A stretch of 63,511 nt of DNA, counting the filler, from Octopus bimaculoides (Eukaryota), in the NCBI RefSeq assembly GCF_001194135.2. It is 10 parts of 10 records of this genome, joined end to end, with 100 filler letters (N's around TTAATTAATTAA, not from the genome) between each part and the next. Parts side by side here need not be neighbours in the genome. Positions count along the whole stretch, not along the records: positions 54,059 to 61,714 come from NC_069010.1; positions 61,815 to 63,511 come from NW_026346735.1; 8 more parts are not named here. One strand, given 5' to 3'. The position numbers and the translations under genes are program-made. Below, in pieces: positions 60,513-63,511 of this stretch (within the stretch, counting starts at the first letter, position 1; every line of letters begins with the position of its first letter). The notes under the pieces were generated by a model. The model searched no databases. It was not told where the DNA came from and saw nothing but the letters and a program-made list of their open reading frames with translations.

Positions 60513-60843
60513 NNNNNNNNNNNNNNNNNNNNNNNNNNNNNNNNNNNNNNNNNNNNNNNNNNNNNNNNNNNNNNNNNNNNNNNNNNNNNNNNNNNNNNNN
60601 NNNNNNNNNNNNNNNNNNNNNNNNNNNNNNNNNNNNNNNNNNNNNNNNNNNNNNNNNNNNNNNNNNNNNNNNNNNNNNNNNNNNNNNNNNNNNNNNNNNN
60701 NNNNNNNNNNNNNNNNNNNNNNNNNNNNNNNNNNNNNNNNNNNNNNNNNNNNNNNNNNNNNNNNNNNNNNNNNNNNNNNNNNNNNNNNNNNNNNNNNNNN
60801 NNNNNNNNNNNNNNNNNNNNNNNNNNNNNNNNNNNNNNTTAAC

Positions 60844-60970
60844 ATTTAACACACTCACCATTAAAATTTCCACTTATTTCTTATTGAAAAGGTTGCAAGA
60901 CGCAACAAAAAAATTTTAGGAAAATAAAAATAAGAAATAAGTGGAAATTTTAACGGTGAGTGTGTTAAAT
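60844..60970. repeat. Inverted repeat with 42-bp arms and a 43-nt spacer
   Basis: 60844-60885 and 60929-60970 are 41/42 complementary. Confidence 0.93.
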
Positions 60971-61284
60971 TTTAAGGCGCGATAAGAAAATGACTCTCCC
61001 CAGATACAACAGTATATATATATATATATATATATGTATACATACATGCACACACACATACACGCAAGGTGGTGCTGAAAAGTTTCTGGCTTGAAGGGTA
61101 CTGTGAAAGTCCTGGTTGAAGGCCCAACCTTCTGAGTTCTTTAACAGGGCTTTAAAAAAACCCCAAGGACTGCTGCTGCAATAAGTGTGTGAATCTGAGA
61201 AGGGAATATGTTGGTTAAAATCATAATTAACTGCCATGTTTTCCACTATAGACCCCCCAACTGGTCTAGGCCTTATAGAGGTTT

Positions 61285-61450
61285 CAGTGGCTGTGTGGTT
61301 AAGAAGCTTGCTTCCCTATCATGCGGTCTGGTCTTGAGTGCAATCTCACTGTGTGGCAACTTGGGAAAGTATCTTCTAGTATAAGTTCAGAGTGAGAAAA
61401 GCTTTAAAAAAGAATTTGGTAGATAGAAAGTGAAAAGAAGCCCACCATGT
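61285..61450 (+). mobile_element. SINE family B 5' half, diverged
   Basis: gtggctgtgtggttaagaagcttgcttccc ... gtggcaacttgggaaagtatcttct. Confidence 0.7.
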
Positions 61451-62270
61451 GTGTGTGTGTGAGTGCATGTGTATATGCATGTGTGTGTGCGTGTGCATGG
61501 TACTCCTCATTCTAACCATTAGCTGAGTATCACAAAAATTTACTACCCTTCCTACAACTTATAAACACCAGCTAACGAATAGATATGCAGACATTTCAAT
61601 GACTTTTTTTTTACTTTCAGGCTCTTCTTCATGTCCCATGATGCCCATGAGTATATATAACTGCACATACACCATACACACAACATGTACGTATGTATGT
61701 ATATATATATATATNNNNNNNNNNNNNNNNNNNNNNNNNNNNNNNNNNNNNNNNNNNNTTAATTAATTAANNNNNNNNNNNNNNNNNNNNNNNNNNNNNN
61801 NNNNNNNNNNNNNNATGCTTCAAGCGAACTACAATACTCTCCTATATATATATATATATATATAGATAGATGGTTATTTCTATGGCCAATCCGTAGGATC
61901 ATTGGTTTCGCACCTATAAAGCTCTTAGCTGTTATAGGCAACTTGTCAGACTCAAATGGCCGGCCACACTACCCCTGTATATAGTTTTTAATATGTGTCA
62001 ATGTGTATAGAATAATATATCAGTTGGAAAAAGTAGAGAGGTACTAAAGTTGTCAAGAACTCAACTCCCAGTAAAATACATTTGAAATCTAATGAGTACA
62101 CTATGTATGAAAGGGCTAATTTTGTTAAAACATGAAAACCAGACTGTTTTAACTTTATTCAACTGATATATATATTTAAGAAATAGTTGAGGTTCAGTTG
62201 AATTAGGTACTTAGGTTGAAGCACCAAGTCAGTCTGGTATTATCCGCACAGCTTGAAGTAAGGTGAATTA

Positions 62271-62450
62271 AATCAAAATAACAGGATTTCAAGTAGTGAT
62301 CCAGTACGACCGTTTCAAGCAGCTCCATTTAATTGAACAATGCAATCATTACATCAATTTAAACTGAGGTAATGATTGCATTGTTCAATTAAATGGAATT
62401 GCTTGAAACGGTTGTACTGCATCACCTCTTGATATCCTGTTATTTTGATT
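62271..62450. repeat. 180-bp near-perfect foldback (MITE-like)
   Basis: aatcaaaataacaggat ... ccatttaattgaacaatgcaatcattac pairs with gtaatgattgcattgttcaattaaatgg ... atcctgttattttgatt around a very short centre. Confidence 0.9.
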
Positions 62451-62463
62451 TTTTATATATATG

Positions 62464-62501
<38 letters not shown>

Positions 62502-63511
62502 TGCACATATTTAAGTTGTAATAACGAAATCAAGCCAAATGGTGATCATTTAATACATCCAACTGCTCTATTGACACCCACTGCAAAGTCACAAATAGCC
62601 ATAATAGCAAAATATGTATAGGGAACATCATACTTGAAGTAGATACATTGTTGAAAACATTATAAACTGCAGTATTTGTCTCGAGAATGCATCTCTCAGA
62701 TGTATAGTAGTAAAAAACAGAAATATTCAGTAACAGATGAAAATTGTCCAGCAGGGATGATAGCACTGCTAGATGCACATTTCTGCATGTATCTGCTTTA
62801 TGTACAATACACAGGTTGCTTTTATAAACTGGTACTGATTCTGTCACTCATAATGAATACACACACTGACATATTGTGGAGAGACTTTAACCTACAAATG
62901 TGCGTGTGTAGACTTAATATATGTAAAATAGATAAATTCTTAAATATTTGTAATTCTTAAACAAAATCCTGCTGCTTTCTCCCCACCCCCCCGTCCTTCA
63001 TCCATGTTTAAGACTCAAACCTATTTCTTCATCAATTCTGCTAAAAATTAAGATCATGTGGATATAAGAATAACTGGTAAGATTTGAGAAATTAATTCTA
63101 GTAATTTGAACCTGCCTCTGGTTTGTCTGTAATTAACAGGGTTAAATTACCTTTTGGCTCTGGGTATAGGATATTCCATAAATCACTGTAAATTTTCGTC
63201 TTCATGTAGTGGTTCTACAGTGGAGTTTAATCCTGCTGTCTTCTATTTTAACCCAAAGAAAAGAAGAATGGAGGGGATTTAAACCCAGCACATAAATCTA
63301 ATGAAGCCACTCTTCACCCATGCCCACCACTGTCTAATATCAGTGAGCTGCACTTCCCCTGTTTATGGCCATGTGTACTTTGGTCTTGATCCAAGAAGAC
63401 TTAAGGTACGGACCATGGACATTGTACAGAGACTGGACCAGGACCAGTGAGATTCAGTGAGTCTTTGGCTGAGAGAGAACAGAGCTATGTCAAGAGACTG
63501 AACATAAACCA

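Noticed and set aside
1-63511. CRISPR arrays, rRNA genes, prokaryotic operons or terminators
   Set aside because: None seen. The sequence is eukaryotic with spliceosomal introns.

Overview
Gap-rich, AT-rich animal genomic scaffold, dense in microsatellites, tRNA-derived SINEs and transposon remnants. The repeat families look like those of an octopus; this is inferred from recognition, not from a database search. Two host loci are supported. (1) An intronless 321-aa CARD-caspase on the minus strand (15506-16471). It keeps the His/Cys dyad and both S1 arginines, but has NTCEI in place of QACRG, almost no CARD-to-protease spacer and a very short intersubunit linker. A degenerate tandem paralog lies about 3 kb away (11754-12338); it lacks the catalytic His codon and carries an internal duplication of the NTC motif. 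(2) Five 3' coding exons of tyrosine aminotransferase (TAT) on the plus strand (54336-59907); one internal exon and all 5' exons are not visible. Mobile elements include Penelope-like elements (two copies carry hammerhead-ribozyme-like motifs), Gypsy, maT/mariner, R4/Dong, RTE and Chapaev-like remnants, and several foldback MITEs. One MITE has 52-bp TIRs, an 8-bp TSD and a head-to-head (TTAGGG)n/(CCCTAA)n core. Most supplied ORFs are artefacts of N-gaps and microsatellites. All homology calls come from motif recognition by eye, and repeat boundaries are approximate.
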